Shown: in pieces, positions 17,860 through 28,970 of the stretch
Layout of the letters: each line of letters begins with the position of its first letter
Position numbering within the stretch: the stretch's first letter is position 1
Assembly (NCBI GenBank): GCA_964458655.1
Contig: CAYWJT010000002.1
Span: forward strand, 13,299 to 77,298
Length of the DNA: 64,000 nt
DNA from: an uncultured Eubacteriales bacterium
GTDB taxonomy: Bacteria > Acidobacteriota > Aminicenantia > Aminicenantales > Saccharicenantaceae
Direction: 5' to 3'
Made by a program: the position numbers and the translations under genes
The notes under the pieces: generated by a model
What the model saw: only the letters and a program-made list of their open reading frames with translations
Database searches by the model: none
Told to the model about the DNA's origin: nothing

Positions 17860-20800
17860 ATGAGCAAAAAGAGAATCTTCTTGCTCATCGTGGCCTGCCT
17901 CGCGCTGTCGGCGACCGCGACCTCGCAAGAGTTGCAGTCCGGAGCGATCAGAGGCCGGGTCACAGATGACACGGGCGAGCCCCTGCCGGGCGTTTCGATC
18001 ACCATCTCCGGCCCGGCGCTGATCGGCAAGGTCACGACCGTGACCAACGCCGAGGGGATGTTCAGGGCCCCCGCCCTGACGCCGGGGACCGGCTACGAGG
18101 TCCGCGCCGAGCTGAGCGGGTTCGAGACGACCGTTCAGAAGGGGCTCATCGTCAACCTCAACAAGACGATCACGATCGAGATCGTCATGAAGGCGTCGAC
18201 CCTCCAGCAGGAGGTCACGATCGTCGCTCCCACCCCGACCGTCGACGTCGTCAGGTCGGCGACGTCGCAGACGATCACGAGCGATGTCCTGGCGTCGCTG
18301 CCCTTGGGCCGCAATGTCAGCTCGGTCCTGGCCATGGCGCCGGGCGCCGTCGGCGGCAGCGTCCACGGCGACGGACGCGGCGAGGTCGGCGCCGTCATGG
18401 ACGGCATCCAGATGTCGGAACCCGACGTCGGCGGCGTGGCCTTCGGCTACGACGTGGGCATCGCCTGGGACATGGTGGAGGAGTTCGAACTCGTGACGGC
18501 CGGCGCCTCGGCCCAGTTCTTCAACAGCACGAGCGGCCTGACCAACGTCCTCATGAAATCGGGCGGGAACACGTTCTCGGGCTCGGCCACCGTCTATTAC
18601 ACGAACAAGCACCTGTCCCAGATCCATCTCCCGGAGCCGGACCTCCAGGCCCTCAACCTGGCCAAGCCCTCCATCCCGGTTTACTCGGTCGACACTTCCT
18701 TCTCGCTGGGCGGCCCCGTCATCAAGGACAAGATCTGGTTCATGACCGAGTTCCGGATGATCAACAGCAAGTACACCGGCGACTTCCGGCCCACGGTCAT
18801 CAACGGCAAGAGCTACGACAACTACGACCGCAAGTTCCCCAACTACGTCGGCTTCCTTAAGTTCTCGGCCCAGATCGCCAAGAACCTCCGCGCCTCGGCC
18901 ATGGGGCACTACTCGATGCAGGACGTTCCCTACTACTACAGCGGCTGGGGCCTGACCAACGAGGCCAACAAGAACAACAAGCCGATCCGCTTCAACTACG
19001 GCGCCACGGTTTCCTGGACCGTCAACAACAGCACCATCCTCGACCTTCGCGCCGGCGGCCTGTATTTCAAGTGGACGGGCAAGAACACGAAAGAAGCCAA
19101 CCCGGACGGTCCCCACTTCTATGATGATTACACGGGCTACAGCTGGGGCAACACCGGCGCCACAGAGTACACCTACAAGCCCAAGCTCAACGTCTCCTTG
19201 ACCGCCACCAAGTTCATTGACAACGTCCTCGGCGGCAACCACGAGATCAAGGCCGGCCTCGAATGGGAGCGGAACCGCGGCGACTGGGGTTTCTACATGA
19301 AGCAACCCTTGTTCTGGACTTACTACGACGGGAGCCCCTATTATTGGGCCGCTCAGAACGGCGGCGTGACCGACCCGGTCTACGGCGACGGGCTGCTCGA
19401 ATACGCCGTCATGGGCGCAACTGAGGGATCCGGCGCCGAGATCGGCATCACCTCGCGGGTCGGCGGCTTCCTCCAGGATTCCTTCACCGTCAAGCGCCTG
19501 ACCGTCAACCTGGGCTTACGGGTCGACCACCTGAAAGCGTGGAGTCCCGGCCGCTCCAAGGGCGCCGCCGTCGACCCCGTCGCGCTGGCCCTCGGCGAGA
19601 CCTACTTCGAGCCCATCTACGGCCTCAATCCCTATGACGAAGTGGCCTACGACACTTGGGACAACGCCTTCCCCTACGGCACGTTCTTCTCCCCCCGCCT
19701 CGGCCTCACCTACGATCTTTTCGGCAACGGCAAGACGGCCCTGAAGGCGTCGTTCACCCGCCAGCAGGAGAGCTTCCCGACGGGGACATTCTCGGCCATG
19801 TATCCCTTGACGTGGCGATCCTTCACCTGGAACTGGTGGGACGATAACCACAACGGTCAGCCTGACGTGCCCGGCGTCGATCACTACGAAGAGGCCTACG
19901 GCGACACGCCTCTGGCCATGATCTCCACCGCTTACCTCGACGCCATCGACCCGAACGTCAAAGTGCCCTACGTTGACGAGATCACCCTCGGCATCGAGCA
20001 AGAGCTCGTCAAGAACCTCCGAGTCAGCGTCCGCTACATCCACAAGGACCGGAAGCGCATCATGGCCAGCGTCCTCTGGGACAAGGAGTCCGACAGGTAT
20101 TGGTACACCCATGACCTGGCCCCCGAATGGTGGATCCCGTTCACGACGACGGTCCCCGCGACCGGCTCCTATCCGGCCCAGGAAGTGACGATGTATTTCC
20201 TGTCCAACGACGCGCCCGACCAGTTCCGTCGTTTGACCAACGTTCCCGAAGCCAAGCTCAGGTACAACTCTCTCGAGATCAGCTTCGACAAGCGGCTGGC
20301 CAAGGGCTGGATGCTCGGCGGGTCCGTCAACTACACGATGCTCAAGGGCAACTACTCCCTGGGCTATGCCTCGTGGGCTTCGCAATACGTCTTCTCCAGC
20401 CCGAACTCGTTCGTCAACGCCTACGGCGAAATGACCTACAGCCGGCCCCTCATCATCAAGCTCTACGGCACGTTCACCCTCCCATACAGCTTCATGTTCT
20501 CCTTCTTCTACACGCACTACGACGGCTCGCCGTGGGGACGGACGGTCAAAGTTAATCCGCCGGCCGATTGGGCCGCGGCCCACAACGCCAGCACGACGGG
20601 CTATACGATCTATGTCAACCCGCCCGGCACCTACCGGAACGAGGCTTCGGACAATCTCGACCTGCGGCTCGGGAAGGACTTCAAGCTCGGCCCCGGAACG
20701 GTCGAAGCTTATGTGAACATCTTCAATCTCCTCGGCGCCTATACGCTCACGGTCGCCAAGAACCCCGGCGGGACCTGGCGGCCCATCGCTGAGAACACGA

Positions 20801-20889
20801 CAGAAGGGACCTACACAGTCGGTTCCACGGGCCTGCGCGGTTTCGCCGGTTCCCGTCAATTCCGGTTCTCGTTGTCCTACAAGTTCTAG
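17860..20889 (+). CDS. TonB-dependent outer-membrane receptor with N-terminal CarboxypepD_reg domain
   Basis: The ATG at 17860 is preceded by AAGGAG (the track start at 17779 lies upstream). Signal peptide. GAIRGRVTDDTGEPLPGVSITISGP is a carboxypeptidase-regulatory-like domain. Plug-like segment LPLGRNVSSVLAMAPGAV. Very long beta-barrel ending in the aromatic C-terminus RFSLSYKF. Confidence 0.75.
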   Translation: MSKKRIFLLIVACLALSATATSQELQSGAIRGRVTDDTGEPLPGVSITISGPALIGKVTTVTNAEGMFRAPALTPGTGYEVRAELSGFETTVQKGLIVNLNKTITIEIVMKASTLQQEVTIVAPTPTVDVVRSATSQTITSDVLASLPLGRNVSSVLAMAPGAVGGSVHGDGRGEVGAVMDGIQMSEPDVGGVAFGYDVGIAWDMVEEFELVTAGASAQFFNSTSGLTNVLMKSGGNTFSGSATVYYTNKHLSQIHLPEPDLQALNLAKPSIPVYSVDTSFSLGGPVIKDKIWFMTEFRMINSKYTGDFRPTVINGKSYDNYDRKFPNYVGFLKFSAQIAKNLRASAMGHYSMQDVPYYYSGWGLTNEANKNNKPIRFNYGATVSWTVNNSTILDLRAGGLYFKWTGKNTKEANPDGPHFYDDYTGYSWGNTGATEYTYKPKLNVSLTATKFIDNVLGGNHEIKAGLEWERNRGDWGFYMKQPLFWTYYDGSPYYWAAQNGGVTDPVYGDGLLEYAVMGATEGSGAEIGITSRVGGFLQDSFTVKRLTVNLGLRVDHLKAWSPGRSKGAAVDPVALALGETYFEPIYGLNPYDEVAYDTWDNAFPYGTFFSPRLGLTYDLFGNGKTALKASFTRQQESFPTGTFSAMYPLTWRSFTWNWWDDNHNGQPDVPGVDHYEEAYGDTPLAMISTAYLDAIDPNVKVPYVDEITLGIEQELVKNLRVSVRYIHKDRKRIMASVLWDKESDRYWYTHDLAPEWWIPFTTTVPATGSYPAQEVTMYFLSNDAPDQFRRLTNVPEAKLRYNSLEISFDKRLAKGWMLGGSVNYTMLKGNYSLGYASWASQYVFSSPNSFVNAYGEMTYSRPLIIKLYGTFTLPYSFMFSFFYTHYDGSPWGRTVKVNPPADWAAAHNASTTGYTIYVNPPGTYRNEASDNLDLRLGKDFKLGPGTVEAYVNIFNLLGAYTLTVAKNPGGTWRPIAENTTEGTYTVGSTGLRGFAGSRQFRFSLSYKF

Positions 20890-20907
20890 GCGTTGTAAGA
20901 TGCAAGC

Positions 20908-20939
20908 GGGAGGGGGAGGCCCTCCGGTCTCCCCCTCCC
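20908..20939 (+). terminator. GC-rich stem-loop (11-bp perfect stem, 10-nt loop) 19 nt after the TonB-receptor stop; no U-tract
   Basis: GGGAGGGGGAG-gccctccggt-CTCCCCCTCCC read directly. Confidence 0.45.
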
Positions 20940-21111
20940 ACCCTTGCTCGCACGGGGCTTTGTCCATCCGGGAGGCCACACGGTCTTTCGGGGGATGGTT
21001 CCGGCGGGCCAAAGTATTCGGCCCAGCCTGGCCGGAGTGCAAGTCCCGGCTCGCCCGGCCGTGGTTCCATTGTCGCAGAGCAGGGCGCGAAAGATGCCTT
21101 AGGAGACCACG

Positions 21112-22737
21112 ATGACCCAAGCCTCTCTTGGCATTCCCGTCGTCGATCTTTTGATTATCGTCGCCTACATCCTCGGCATCCTGGCGGTCGGTATCCTCTC
21201 GACCCGGGGCCTGGGGCGCACGGCCAATGGCTATTTCCTGGCCGGACGGTCCTTGCGCTGGGGGATGGTCGGCTCAGCGATGTTCGCCGCCAACATCTCG
21301 ACCATCCATCTCGTCGGACTGGCGGCCTCAGGCTATTCTGACGGCCTCGTCTGGGGCAATTTCGAATGGATGGCGACTTTCACCCTGGTCCTCCTGGGGC
21401 TGGTCTTCGCTCCTTTCTATTTCCGGAGCCGCATCTCGACCCTGCCCGAATTCCTGGAGAAGCGCTACGGCCCCGGGGCGCGGATCATGCTGGCCTTCAT
21501 GGCCATCCTGGCCGCCCTCTTCATCCACATCGGGATGAGTCTCTACGCCGGCGCGGCGGTCTTCCGGCAGTTCTTCGGCATCGACGTCGTGACTTCGATC
21601 ATCATCATCTCGATCGTCACCGGCATCTACACCATCCTGGGCGGCCTCAAGGCCGTGGTCGTCACGGAGTCCATACAGGCCGTGATCCTAATCCTGGGGG
21701 CAATCGTGGTCACGGCCTTCGCCGTCCTGGCCCTGCCTTCGCACGGCATCCACGGCTTGGCGGACTTCAAGGCGGCCGTCAAACCCGATCAACTCAGCAT
21801 GCTGCAAACCCACAGCGCGGCCGGGCTCAACTGGTACGCAGTCTTCCTCGGTTATCCCATCCTCGGGATCTGGTACTGGTGCACCGATCAGACCATCGTC
21901 CAACGCGTGCTCGGCTCCCGGACTGAGAAAGACGCCCAGTACGGGGCGCTGTTCGCCGGGCTGCTCAAGATCCTGCCCGTCTTCATCCTCGTCTTCCCCG
22001 GGGTCGTCGGCTATGTCCTGTTCCGGGACGTCATCGGGTCCGACGCCAACCAGACCCTGCCGGTCCTCCTCGTCCGGCTCATCCCGACGGGCATCAAGGG
22101 CCTTATCGCCGCGGGCCTGCTGGCGGCCTTGATGAGCACCATCGCCGCCGCGCTCAACAGCTCGGCGACGCTGGTGGCCGTCGATATCGTCAAGCGGGTC
22201 AAGCCCCAGACTTCGGACCGGGCCCAGATCCGGGTCGGACAGGTCTGCGCCGTCGCCGTCATGCTCCTGGCCATGGCCTGGTCGACCCAGGGCGGTCGGT
22301 ATACGAGCATCTTCGAGGCCATCAACACCATCGCCAGCTACCTGGCCCCGCCGATCACGGCCGTCTTCCTGTGGGGGGTGTTCTGGAGGCGCGGGACTAG
22401 CCAGGCCGCGCTGACGACCCTGATCGCCGGTTTTCTCCTCGGCGTCGTCTCGTTCCTGGTCGACCTTCCTGTCTTCGGCACAGAGAAGGTCATTACTCAC
22501 GGGCTCGGCATCCCCTTCATGATGCAGGCCTGGTGGATGTTCTCTCTGTGCAGCCTGATGTTCGTCGTAGTAAGCCTGTTGACGCCCCGCCCTGACCCGG
22601 AAAAAATCGACGCCCTGACCTGGAAAAGCCCGGCCGCCTTCCTGACCCAAGGCCGAATCGACGGAGTCACCGACCCCCGGGTTCTGGCCTGTGGGCTGTT
22701 GGTTTTATTAGCGGCCCTGTATTATATCTTTCGCTGA
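21112..22737 (+). CDS. Sodium:solute symporter (SSF/SGLT family)
   Basis: 13-14 predicted TM helices with SSF-type spacing. AGGAGA lies 7 nt upstream of the ATG. Confidence 0.85.
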   Translation: MTQASLGIPVVDLLIIVAYILGILAVGILSTRGLGRTANGYFLAGRSLRWGMVGSAMFAANISTIHLVGLAASGYSDGLVWGNFEWMATFTLVLLGLVFAPFYFRSRISTLPEFLEKRYGPGARIMLAFMAILAALFIHIGMSLYAGAAVFRQFFGIDVVTSIIIISIVTGIYTILGGLKAVVVTESIQAVILILGAIVVTAFAVLALPSHGIHGLADFKAAVKPDQLSMLQTHSAAGLNWYAVFLGYPILGIWYWCTDQTIVQRVLGSRTEKDAQYGALFAGLLKILPVFILVFPGVVGYVLFRDVIGSDANQTLPVLLVRLIPTGIKGLIAAGLLAALMSTIAAALNSSATLVAVDIVKRVKPQTSDRAQIRVGQVCAVAVMLLAMAWSTQGGRYTSIFEAINTIASYLAPPITAVFLWGVFWRRGTSQAALTTLIAGFLLGVVSFLVDLPVFGTEKVITHGLGIPFMMQAWWMFSLCSLMFVVVSLLTPRPDPEKIDALTWKSPAAFLTQGRIDGVTDPRVLACGLLVLLAALYYIFR

Positions 22738-22768
22738 GGCCGCCCTATGCGGCCAGGGGAGTTGAGAC

Positions 22769-23794
22769 ATGAAGCAAGCGGTCATGACCAGCCCGGGTGT
22801 GATCGAGTTCCGGGATGTCCCCGTGCCGACTCCCGGGCCTGATGAGGTCCTGATCCGGGTCCGAAGGATCGGGATTTGCGGTTCCGATATCCATGTCCGC
22901 CACGGGCGCCATCCGTTCACGTCCTATCCCGTAGTCCAAGGCCACGAGTTCTCCGGCACCGTCGAAGCGGTGGGAAAGCGGATCCGAGGCCTGAGGCCGG
23001 GCCGGAAGGTCACTGCGACGCCGCAGCTCGTCTGCGGCCGCTGCGCCCCCTGCCGGCGCGGGGATTACCATATCTGCGATGTCCTCCGCGTCCAGGGATT
23101 CCAGGCGCCGGGCTGCGCCCAGGAATTCTTCCTCGTCCGGGCCGAACAGATCGTCCCTCTACCGGCCGCCTTCACGTTTGAACAAGGGGCTTTGGTCGAA
23201 CCGGCGGCAGTCGGCGTCCATTCGGTCTCCCGGGCCGGCAAGGTGGCCGGGGAGAACGTCGCGGTGCTCGGGGCCGGGCCCATCGGCAATCTCGTCGGGC
23301 AGGCGGCCCGGGCCGCGGGAGCCAGGGTCCTGATGACGGACATCAGCGAATACCGGCTGGAAATCGCCAGGAAGTGCGGGCTGCGGGCCGTCTCTCTGGC
23401 CGGCCGGGAGAGCCTCAAGGAAGCCTCGGCGCGAGTTTTCGGGGCCAAGGGATTCCAGAAGGCCTTTGAGTGCGCCGGAGCCGAAGCGGCCATCAACGAA
23501 GCCGTTGAGGCGATCCAAAAAGGCGGCACCATAGTGGCGGTCGGCGTCTACAGCGGCCTGCCCCGCGTCAACATGGGCCTGGTCCAGGACCGGGAGCTGA
23601 CCCTGAGGGGTACGCTCATGTACCAGAAAAAGGATTTCCTCAAGGCCGTCCGGCTCATGCGCGCGGGCCGGCTCGTCACCAAGCCGCTCGAGACCCGTCA
23701 TTTCCCTTTCGACGAGTACCCGGCCGCCTACGACTTCGCCGACCGGCAAGGCGATAAGTCCATGAAGATCTTCATCGACCTCGAGACCAAATGA
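22769..23794 (+). CDS. Zn-dependent medium-chain alcohol/polyol dehydrogenase (sorbitol/idonate dehydrogenase-like)
   Basis: GICGSDIH structural-zinc motif, CGRCAPCRRGDYHIC zinc-cysteine cluster, and Rossmann GAGPIGN. Confidence 0.85.
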   Translation: MKQAVMTSPGVIEFRDVPVPTPGPDEVLIRVRRIGICGSDIHVRHGRHPFTSYPVVQGHEFSGTVEAVGKRIRGLRPGRKVTATPQLVCGRCAPCRRGDYHICDVLRVQGFQAPGCAQEFFLVRAEQIVPLPAAFTFEQGALVEPAAVGVHSVSRAGKVAGENVAVLGAGPIGNLVGQAARAAGARVLMTDISEYRLEIARKCGLRAVSLAGRESLKEASARVFGAKGFQKAFECAGAEAAINEAVEAIQKGGTIVAVGVYSGLPRVNMGLVQDRELTLRGTLMYQKKDFLKAVRLMRAGRLVTKPLETRHFPFDEYPAAYDFADRQGDKSMKIFIDLETK

Positions 23795-23808
23795 CAGGAG
23801 CCAAGCCA

Positions 23809-24969
23809 ATGAAATCCTTTAATTACTTCCAGCCGACCGAAATCCGTTTCGGCCACGGTCGGTTCGCCGAGCTGGGCGCCGTCGCTGCCCGCTTCGGCCG
23901 CCGCGCCCTTCTGGTCACCGTCCCCGATGAGCCGTGCTTCGGCGGCCTCTTCACCCAGGCCAAGTCCCTTCTGGCCAAAGCCGGCCTGACTGTGGCCCGC
24001 TTCGACGAGGTCATCCCGAACCCGACCACGGACGTCGTGGCGCGGGGCGCCCGCGTCGCCCGGGACTTCAAGGCGGAAGTCGTCGTCGCGGTCGGCGGCG
24101 GCTCGACCATGGATTCGGCCAAGGCCATCGCCGTGGAGGCCACTCATCCCGGCAGCGCCTGGGACTACCTCTTCTTCCGGGAAAAGCAGCCCACGGCCAA
24201 GACCCTGCCGGTCGTGGCCGTCACGACGACTTCGGGCACAGGCTCCCATGTGACCCAGGTGGCGGTAATCACCAACCCGGCCGAAAGGAACAAATCAGCC
24301 CTGTTCCATCCGCTCCTCTATCCCAAGGTGAGCCTGGTCGACCCGTCGCTCATGACCACCCTGCCTTCCAGGGTGACGTCCGCCACGGGATTCGACGTCT
24401 TCGCCCACGCCTTCGAGAGCTTCATCAATCCGGGGGGATCGCCATATACGGATATGATGGCCCTCGAGGCTCTCCGGCTCGTCGCACGGTTCCTGCCCGC
24501 CGCGGTCAAGAATGGGAAGGACCTGGAGGCCCGCGCAGGGATGGCCTGGGCCGACACGCTGGCCGGGTTGTGCATCGCCAACGCGGGCGTGACCCTGCCG
24601 CACGGCATCGGGATGGCTATCGGCGGGCTCTATCCGCACGTAGCGCACGGCGAGGCTCTGGCCGTAGTCTATCCGGCTATTCTCGATTACACGTGTCGCT
24701 CCGCCCCAGAAAAATTCGCCGCGGTCGGCCGGATCTTCGACACGCGCCTTTCGGGTGCCGGCGGGATCCGTGCGGCCGAGGCCGCAAGCGCCGCTATCAA
24801 AAAGTTCATCAAGAAGATCGGGATGGGCCTGAAGCTCAGCGACCTCAAGGTGCCGAAAGCGGAGCTCGCGGCGCTGGCCAGGCAGTCCCTGGTCCTGCCC
24901 GACTATAAGAACCATCCTCGCCTGGCCACCCTGGCCGACGTCGAAGACATCCTCGACCGCAGCCATTGA
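23809..24969 (+). CDS. Iron-containing alcohol dehydrogenase (FucO/lactaldehyde-reductase-like family)
   Basis: Fe-ADH motifs [16 protein letters not shown] and metal-binding His clusters ([21 protein letters not shown]). The ATG at 23809 is preceded by GGAG; an alternative ATG at 23791 overlaps the upstream stop. Confidence 0.85.
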   Translation: MKSFNYFQPTEIRFGHGRFAELGAVAARFGRRALLVTVPDEPCFGGLFTQAKSLLAKAGLTVARFDEVIPNPTTDVVARGARVARDFKAEVVVAVGGGSTMDSAKAIAVEATHPGSAWDYLFFREKQPTAKTLPVVAVTTTSGTGSHVTQVAVITNPAERNKSALFHPLLYPKVSLVDPSLMTTLPSRVTSATGFDVFAHAFESFINPGGSPYTDMMALEALRLVARFLPAAVKNGKDLEARAGMAWADTLAGLCIANAGVTLPHGIGMAIGGLYPHVAHGEALAVVYPAILDYTCRSAPEKFAAVGRIFDTRLSGAGGIRAAEAASAAIKKFIKKIGMGLKLSDLKVPKAELAALARQSLVLPDYKNHPRLATLADVEDILDRSH

Positions 24970-25057
24970 GGGCCGGGCCGGCGAGACGACGGGACGCGGC
25001 CGCGAACGGCGAACGGCGCTCGCGGCCGGACAGACCGGCTTCGGAAAGGAGGCCTGG

Positions 25058-27526
25058 ATGAAGACCTGCGCCAAGAGAACGTCATGGGGGTCCGCCCTCC
25101 CTGCGGCCCTGCTCATCTTAGTGACGGTGGTCGCGCCCGGCCGGTGCGACGAGCGCGCCCCCGCCGATCCCTCGACTTACCTCTGGTACACACACCCGGC
25201 CGACAAATGGGAGAACGCCCTGCCCGTCGGCAACGGCCGGCTCGGGGCCATGGTCTTCGGCAAGACCGACGAGGAAGAGATCCAGCTCAACGAGGAGACC
25301 TATTGGTCGGGCGGGCCCTATTCGACTGTCGTCAAGGGCGGGTCCAAGGCCCTGCCGGAGATCCAGAAGCTCGTCTTCGAAGGCAACTACAAGTTGGCCC
25401 ACATCCTTTTCGGACGGCACATGATGGGCTACCCCGTCGAGCAGATGAAATACCAATCGCTCGGCCGCTTGGTCATCCGTTTCTCGTCGGAGGGCCCCGT
25501 GACGGATTACCGCCACGAGCTTGATCTGGACACGGCCGTGGTCCGGACGTCCTACGTTCAGGGAGGTGTCCGCTTCACCCGCGAGGTCTTCTCGAGCCCC
25601 GTAGACCAGGTCATTGTCATCCGACTGACGGCCGACCGGCCGGGACAGGTTTCCTTCAGGACCCAGCTCCGCGGCGAACGCAACGCGGCTCACTCCAACT
25701 ACGCGACCGACTATTTTCGGATGGACGGCCTTCCGCCCGACGGTCTCGTCGTCCGTGGGAAATCGGCGGACTACATGGGCGTGACCGGCGCGCTCCGCTA
25801 CGAAACCCGGCTCAAGGCCCTTCCCGAGGGGGGCAGCTTGCGCCTGGACTGGGACGAGCTCAGCGTGACCGGCGCGGACGCCGTTACGCTGCTCATCGCC
25901 GCGGCCACCAACTTCGTCAACTATAAGGACGTGAGCGGCGACCCCCGGGCCCGGGTCGAAGCGGCCCTGTCGGCCTCCTCCTCGAAAGCCTATGGGATCC
26001 TCAAGGCCTCTCACATCGAAGAGCACAGACGCTTTTTCCGCCGCGTCGCCATGACGCTTCCGGCGACGCCGAATTCCCTGCTCCCGACCGACGAGCGGCT
26101 CAAGAATTTCGACGGGACTAATGATCCCGCCCTGGGCGCCCTCGTCTTCCAGTTCGGCCGTTATCTCCTTATCTCGTCCTCGCGACCGGGAACGCAGCCG
26201 GCCAACCTCCAGGGGATCTGGAATAAGGACATGAACCCGATGTGGGATTCGAAGTACACGACGAACATCAACACCGAAATGAACTACTGGCCGGCCGAGG
26301 TCGGGAACCTCGCCGAGTGCGCCGAGCCGCTCTTCCGCATGATCCGCGAGCTCACAGACCAGGGCAGTCAGGTGGCCCGGGAGAACTACAATGCCGGCGG
26401 CTGGGTCTTCCATCAGAACACCGACATCTGGCGGGTCGCCGCCCCCATGGACGGGCCGAGTTGGGGAACGTTCACGACGGGCGGGGCCTGGCTGGCCACA
26501 CACCTTTGGGAGCACTATCTGTTCACCGGCGACAAGGCCTTTCTCGCGGAATATTATCCTGTTCTCAAGGGCAGCGCCGAGTTCTTCCTGGATTTCCTTG
26601 TCCCGCACCCGCGCTACGGCTGGCTCGTGACGAACCCCTCGACGTCGCCGGAGAACTTCCCGGCCATCCCCGGCCAGACGCGGTTCTTCGACGAGATCAC
26701 GACCTTCATGACGACGACCTCGATCTGCGCCGGTTCGACCATCGACATGGCCATCCTCAACGACCTGTTCGATTCCGTCGCCCAGGCCGCCGACGTCCTC
26801 GGCATCGACCGGGATTTCAAGGCTCGCGTCCTGGCGGCGAAAGCCAAGCTGGCGCCGATGCAGATCGGCCGCAAGGGCAACCTCCAGGAATGGCTCGAGG
26901 ATTGGGACGAGACGGAGAAGAGCCACCGCCATATCTCAGGACTGTGGGGCCTGTTCCCGGGCCGTCAGATCTCCCCGCGGCGGACGCCGAAGTTCGCCGA
27001 CGGCGCCAGGGTCGTCCTGGAGCAGCGCGGTCTTCCCGGGAACGGCTGGTCCTCGGCCTGGAAGGCCGCCTGCTGGGCCCGGCTCGGCGACGGCGCCAAG
27101 GCCTTGGAGAACTTCACCTACGCCATGCGTCATTACACGACTGGCAGCCTGTTCTCGATCTGCTCCCGGGCGATGCAGGTCGACGGGGCCTTCGGAATGT
27201 CGGCCGCCGTGGCCGAGCTCCTGCTCCAATCGCACGAGGACGAACTGGCGCTCCTGCCGGCCCTGCCAGCCGCCTGGAAGGACGGGCAGGTCAAGGGTCT
27301 TGTCGCGCGCGGCGGTTTCGAGGTCGGCCTGCGCTGGAAGGACGGGCGGATCGCGGAGGCGACGCTCCATTCGAGGCTCGGCCGTCCCTGCCGGGTGCGT
27401 TCCGCAGCTCCCCTGAAAGTAACCGTCGAGGGCCGGTCCGTCACCTTCAGGCGGCCGGGACCGGACCTGATCGAGTTCAAGACCAAGCCGGGCGTCACGT
27501 ATGCGTTGACGCCCGCGGGTCGGTGA
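25058..27526 (+). CDS. Glycoside hydrolase family 95 (alpha-L-fucosidase, likely 1,2-specific)
   Basis: Signal peptide, then the GH95 N-terminal signature [28 protein letters not shown]. The 822-aa length and the (alpha/alpha)6 region are consistent with GH95. Confidence 0.85.
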   Translation: MKTCAKRTSWGSALPAALLILVTVVAPGRCDERAPADPSTYLWYTHPADKWENALPVGNGRLGAMVFGKTDEEEIQLNEETYWSGGPYSTVVKGGSKALPEIQKLVFEGNYKLAHILFGRHMMGYPVEQMKYQSLGRLVIRFSSEGPVTDYRHELDLDTAVVRTSYVQGGVRFTREVFSSPVDQVIVIRLTADRPGQVSFRTQLRGERNAAHSNYATDYFRMDGLPPDGLVVRGKSADYMGVTGALRYETRLKALPEGGSLRLDWDELSVTGADAVTLLIAAATNFVNYKDVSGDPRARVEAALSASSSKAYGILKASHIEEHRRFFRRVAMTLPATPNSLLPTDERLKNFDGTNDPALGALVFQFGRYLLISSSRPGTQPANLQGIWNKDMNPMWDSKYTTNINTEMNYWPAEVGNLAECAEPLFRMIRELTDQGSQVARENYNAGGWVFHQNTDIWRVAAPMDGPSWGTFTTGGAWLATHLWEHYLFTGDKAFLAEYYPVLKGSAEFFLDFLVPHPRYGWLVTNPSTSPENFPAIPGQTRFFDEITTFMTTTSICAGSTIDMAILNDLFDSVAQAADVLGIDRDFKARVLAAKAKLAPMQIGRKGNLQEWLEDWDETEKSHRHISGLWGLFPGRQISPRRTPKFADGARVVLEQRGLPGNGWSSAWKAACWARLGDGAKALENFTYAMRHYTTGSLFSICSRAMQVDGAFGMSAAVAELLLQSHEDELALLPALPAAWKDGQVKGLVARGGFEVGLRWKDGRIAEATLHSRLGRPCRVRSAAPLKVTVEGRSVTFRRPGPDLIEFKTKPGVTYALTPAGR

Positions 27527-27531
27527 AGGCC

Positions 27532-28914
27532 ATGGACAGGCGCGAATTCATGAAGAAGGCCGGGGCCGGGCTCCTCGCCGCAGGGGCCCTGCCGGGTCAG
27601 AGCCGGCGTCCGGACGGCCGGGCCGACTGGAAGCCCCTAGACGGACGGAGGATCCTGACATTCAATTCCGTTATCCGGGTCAATCAAATCGAGGTCACGC
27701 GGACGCGGAACGAGGGCTTCGACGAAGCCGACATCCACACGCCGGAGAATGTCTGGGCGCTCCGCAAGGCATTCGCCGCCGGATGGCCCGGCGCGCCGAT
27801 GACCTGGGCCTTCAGCTGGCGGGCCCTGTTCGATGAGCGCGAGAATTACCGCCGCATCCGCGCCCTCATGCCCGAGTTCCACGACCGGTTCGGCGACGAC
27901 GTGACGTTCATCCCCGGGGCATATTTCGCCAACGCCTACAACACGCGGGAGCAGGTCAACCGCGACCTCCATGACGGCCTGGCCAGGGTCTCGGAGATCA
28001 TGGGCGGCGGTTTCCGGCCCAAGAGCGTAATCGCCGGCTTCCTGGCCGCGGCCAACCAGAAGTACCTGGCCGAGAAGGAGGGGATCCACGTTTGCCAGGG
28101 CAACATCTGGAGCCAGTATGCCATCGACAACCAGGACGGCGAGGGCTCGATCTGCTATCCCTACTATCCGTCGACCGAGCACTTCTGCAAGCCGGCCCAG
28201 AGCGCGGCGGATTTCATCGACTGCGTCAACCTGGACGGCTGGACCTGCGATTTCCTCGCCGCCCGCCGCCAGGGCCAGGATTGGTCCAAGGCCCAGCGCA
28301 GCCGCATGGGCGTCGGGCCCATCGAGACGATCCAATGGTTCGGCCCGGAGGTCGGCCTGGCCCAGATGGTCGAGACGACGGCCGCCCACTTCGACGCGGG
28401 CTTCGCCCTGAACGGCTGGGCCTGGGTCACGAATTGCTGGGAAGTCTCGCTCGTCGCGCCGATCGGTCATCTGGAGGTCCTGACGCGGTGGACGCAGCGC
28501 ATCCGAGAGCGCTGGCCCACGGCTGAGTGCCTGACGCTGGGCGATTTCGGCGGATCCTATCGCGCCCAATACCCGGATAACGAGAACCTGAGGTACCGGT
28601 TCGTCCAGAGGGGCACGGGCGTCGGCGGGTCCGAAATTCAGCTCGAGATCCGCTGGTTCATGTGCAAGGAGTTCCGCATGGCGCTGCTGCGGAGCTGGAG
28701 AGAGAAGGGGCCGGAGCGGGTCATCGACTTCACCCGCTACGACCTGCCCGCCCAAGAGCCGCAAGGGCTGACGCGGAACTGGAGCCTGATGGGCCGCATC
28801 AACCAGAAGCGGACCCGCCCCCAGGACGAGCCGATCCCCTTCGAATCACTCGCCCCGGAAGAGAAGGCGCTCGTCTTCCGGCACTTCCCTGATTTTCGTC
28901 CCATCGACTCTTAA
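27532..28914 (+). CDS. Hypothetical Tat-secreted protein of unknown function
   Basis: The ATG at 27532 is 5 nt after the GH95 stop, suggesting translational coupling. Tat-like N-terminus MDRREFMKKAGAGLLAAGALPG. Cys/Trp-rich; no family recognised. The 26242-28914 track ORF is this gene plus an artefactual upstream read-through. Confidence 0.55.
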   Translation: MDRREFMKKAGAGLLAAGALPGQSRRPDGRADWKPLDGRRILTFNSVIRVNQIEVTRTRNEGFDEADIHTPENVWALRKAFAAGWPGAPMTWAFSWRALFDERENYRRIRALMPEFHDRFGDDVTFIPGAYFANAYNTREQVNRDLHDGLARVSEIMGGGFRPKSVIAGFLAAANQKYLAEKEGIHVCQGNIWSQYAIDNQDGEGSICYPYYPSTEHFCKPAQSAADFIDCVNLDGWTCDFLAARRQGQDWSKAQRSRMGVGPIETIQWFGPEVGLAQMVETTAAHFDAGFALNGWAWVTNCWEVSLVAPIGHLEVLTRWTQRIRERWPTAECLTLGDFGGSYRAQYPDNENLRYRFVQRGTGVGGSEIQLEIRWFMCKEFRMALLRSWREKGPERVIDFTRYDLPAQEPQGLTRNWSLMGRINQKRTRPQDEPIPFESLAPEEKALVFRHFPDFRPIDS

Positions 28915-28970
28915 GCAAAGGAGCCCTCATGCCACACCAAACGTCCCTTCGGGCCGGGGAGAACGAGAAT

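Noticed and set aside
17830-19305. 491-aa minus-strand ORF (and 19516-21120, 534 aa)
   Set aside because: Both are antisense to the TonB-dependent receptor gene. They have Arg/Asp/Gly-rich composition and no start context.
17860-25000. SusC/SusD-type polysaccharide utilisation locus
   Set aside because: A TonB-dependent receptor is present but no SusD-like lipoprotein follows it. The next genes are a symporter and dehydrogenases, so the Bacteroidetes PUL label is not justified.
25118-26932. 604-aa minus-strand ORF
   Set aside because: Antisense to the GH95 gene, which has an unmistakable family signature on the plus strand.
26242-27531. Upstream 430 aa of the 890-aa plus-strand track ORF
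   Set aside because: This is a stop-free alternative frame running through the GH95 coding region. Only the part from the ATG at 27532 onwards (Tat signal) is a plausible gene.
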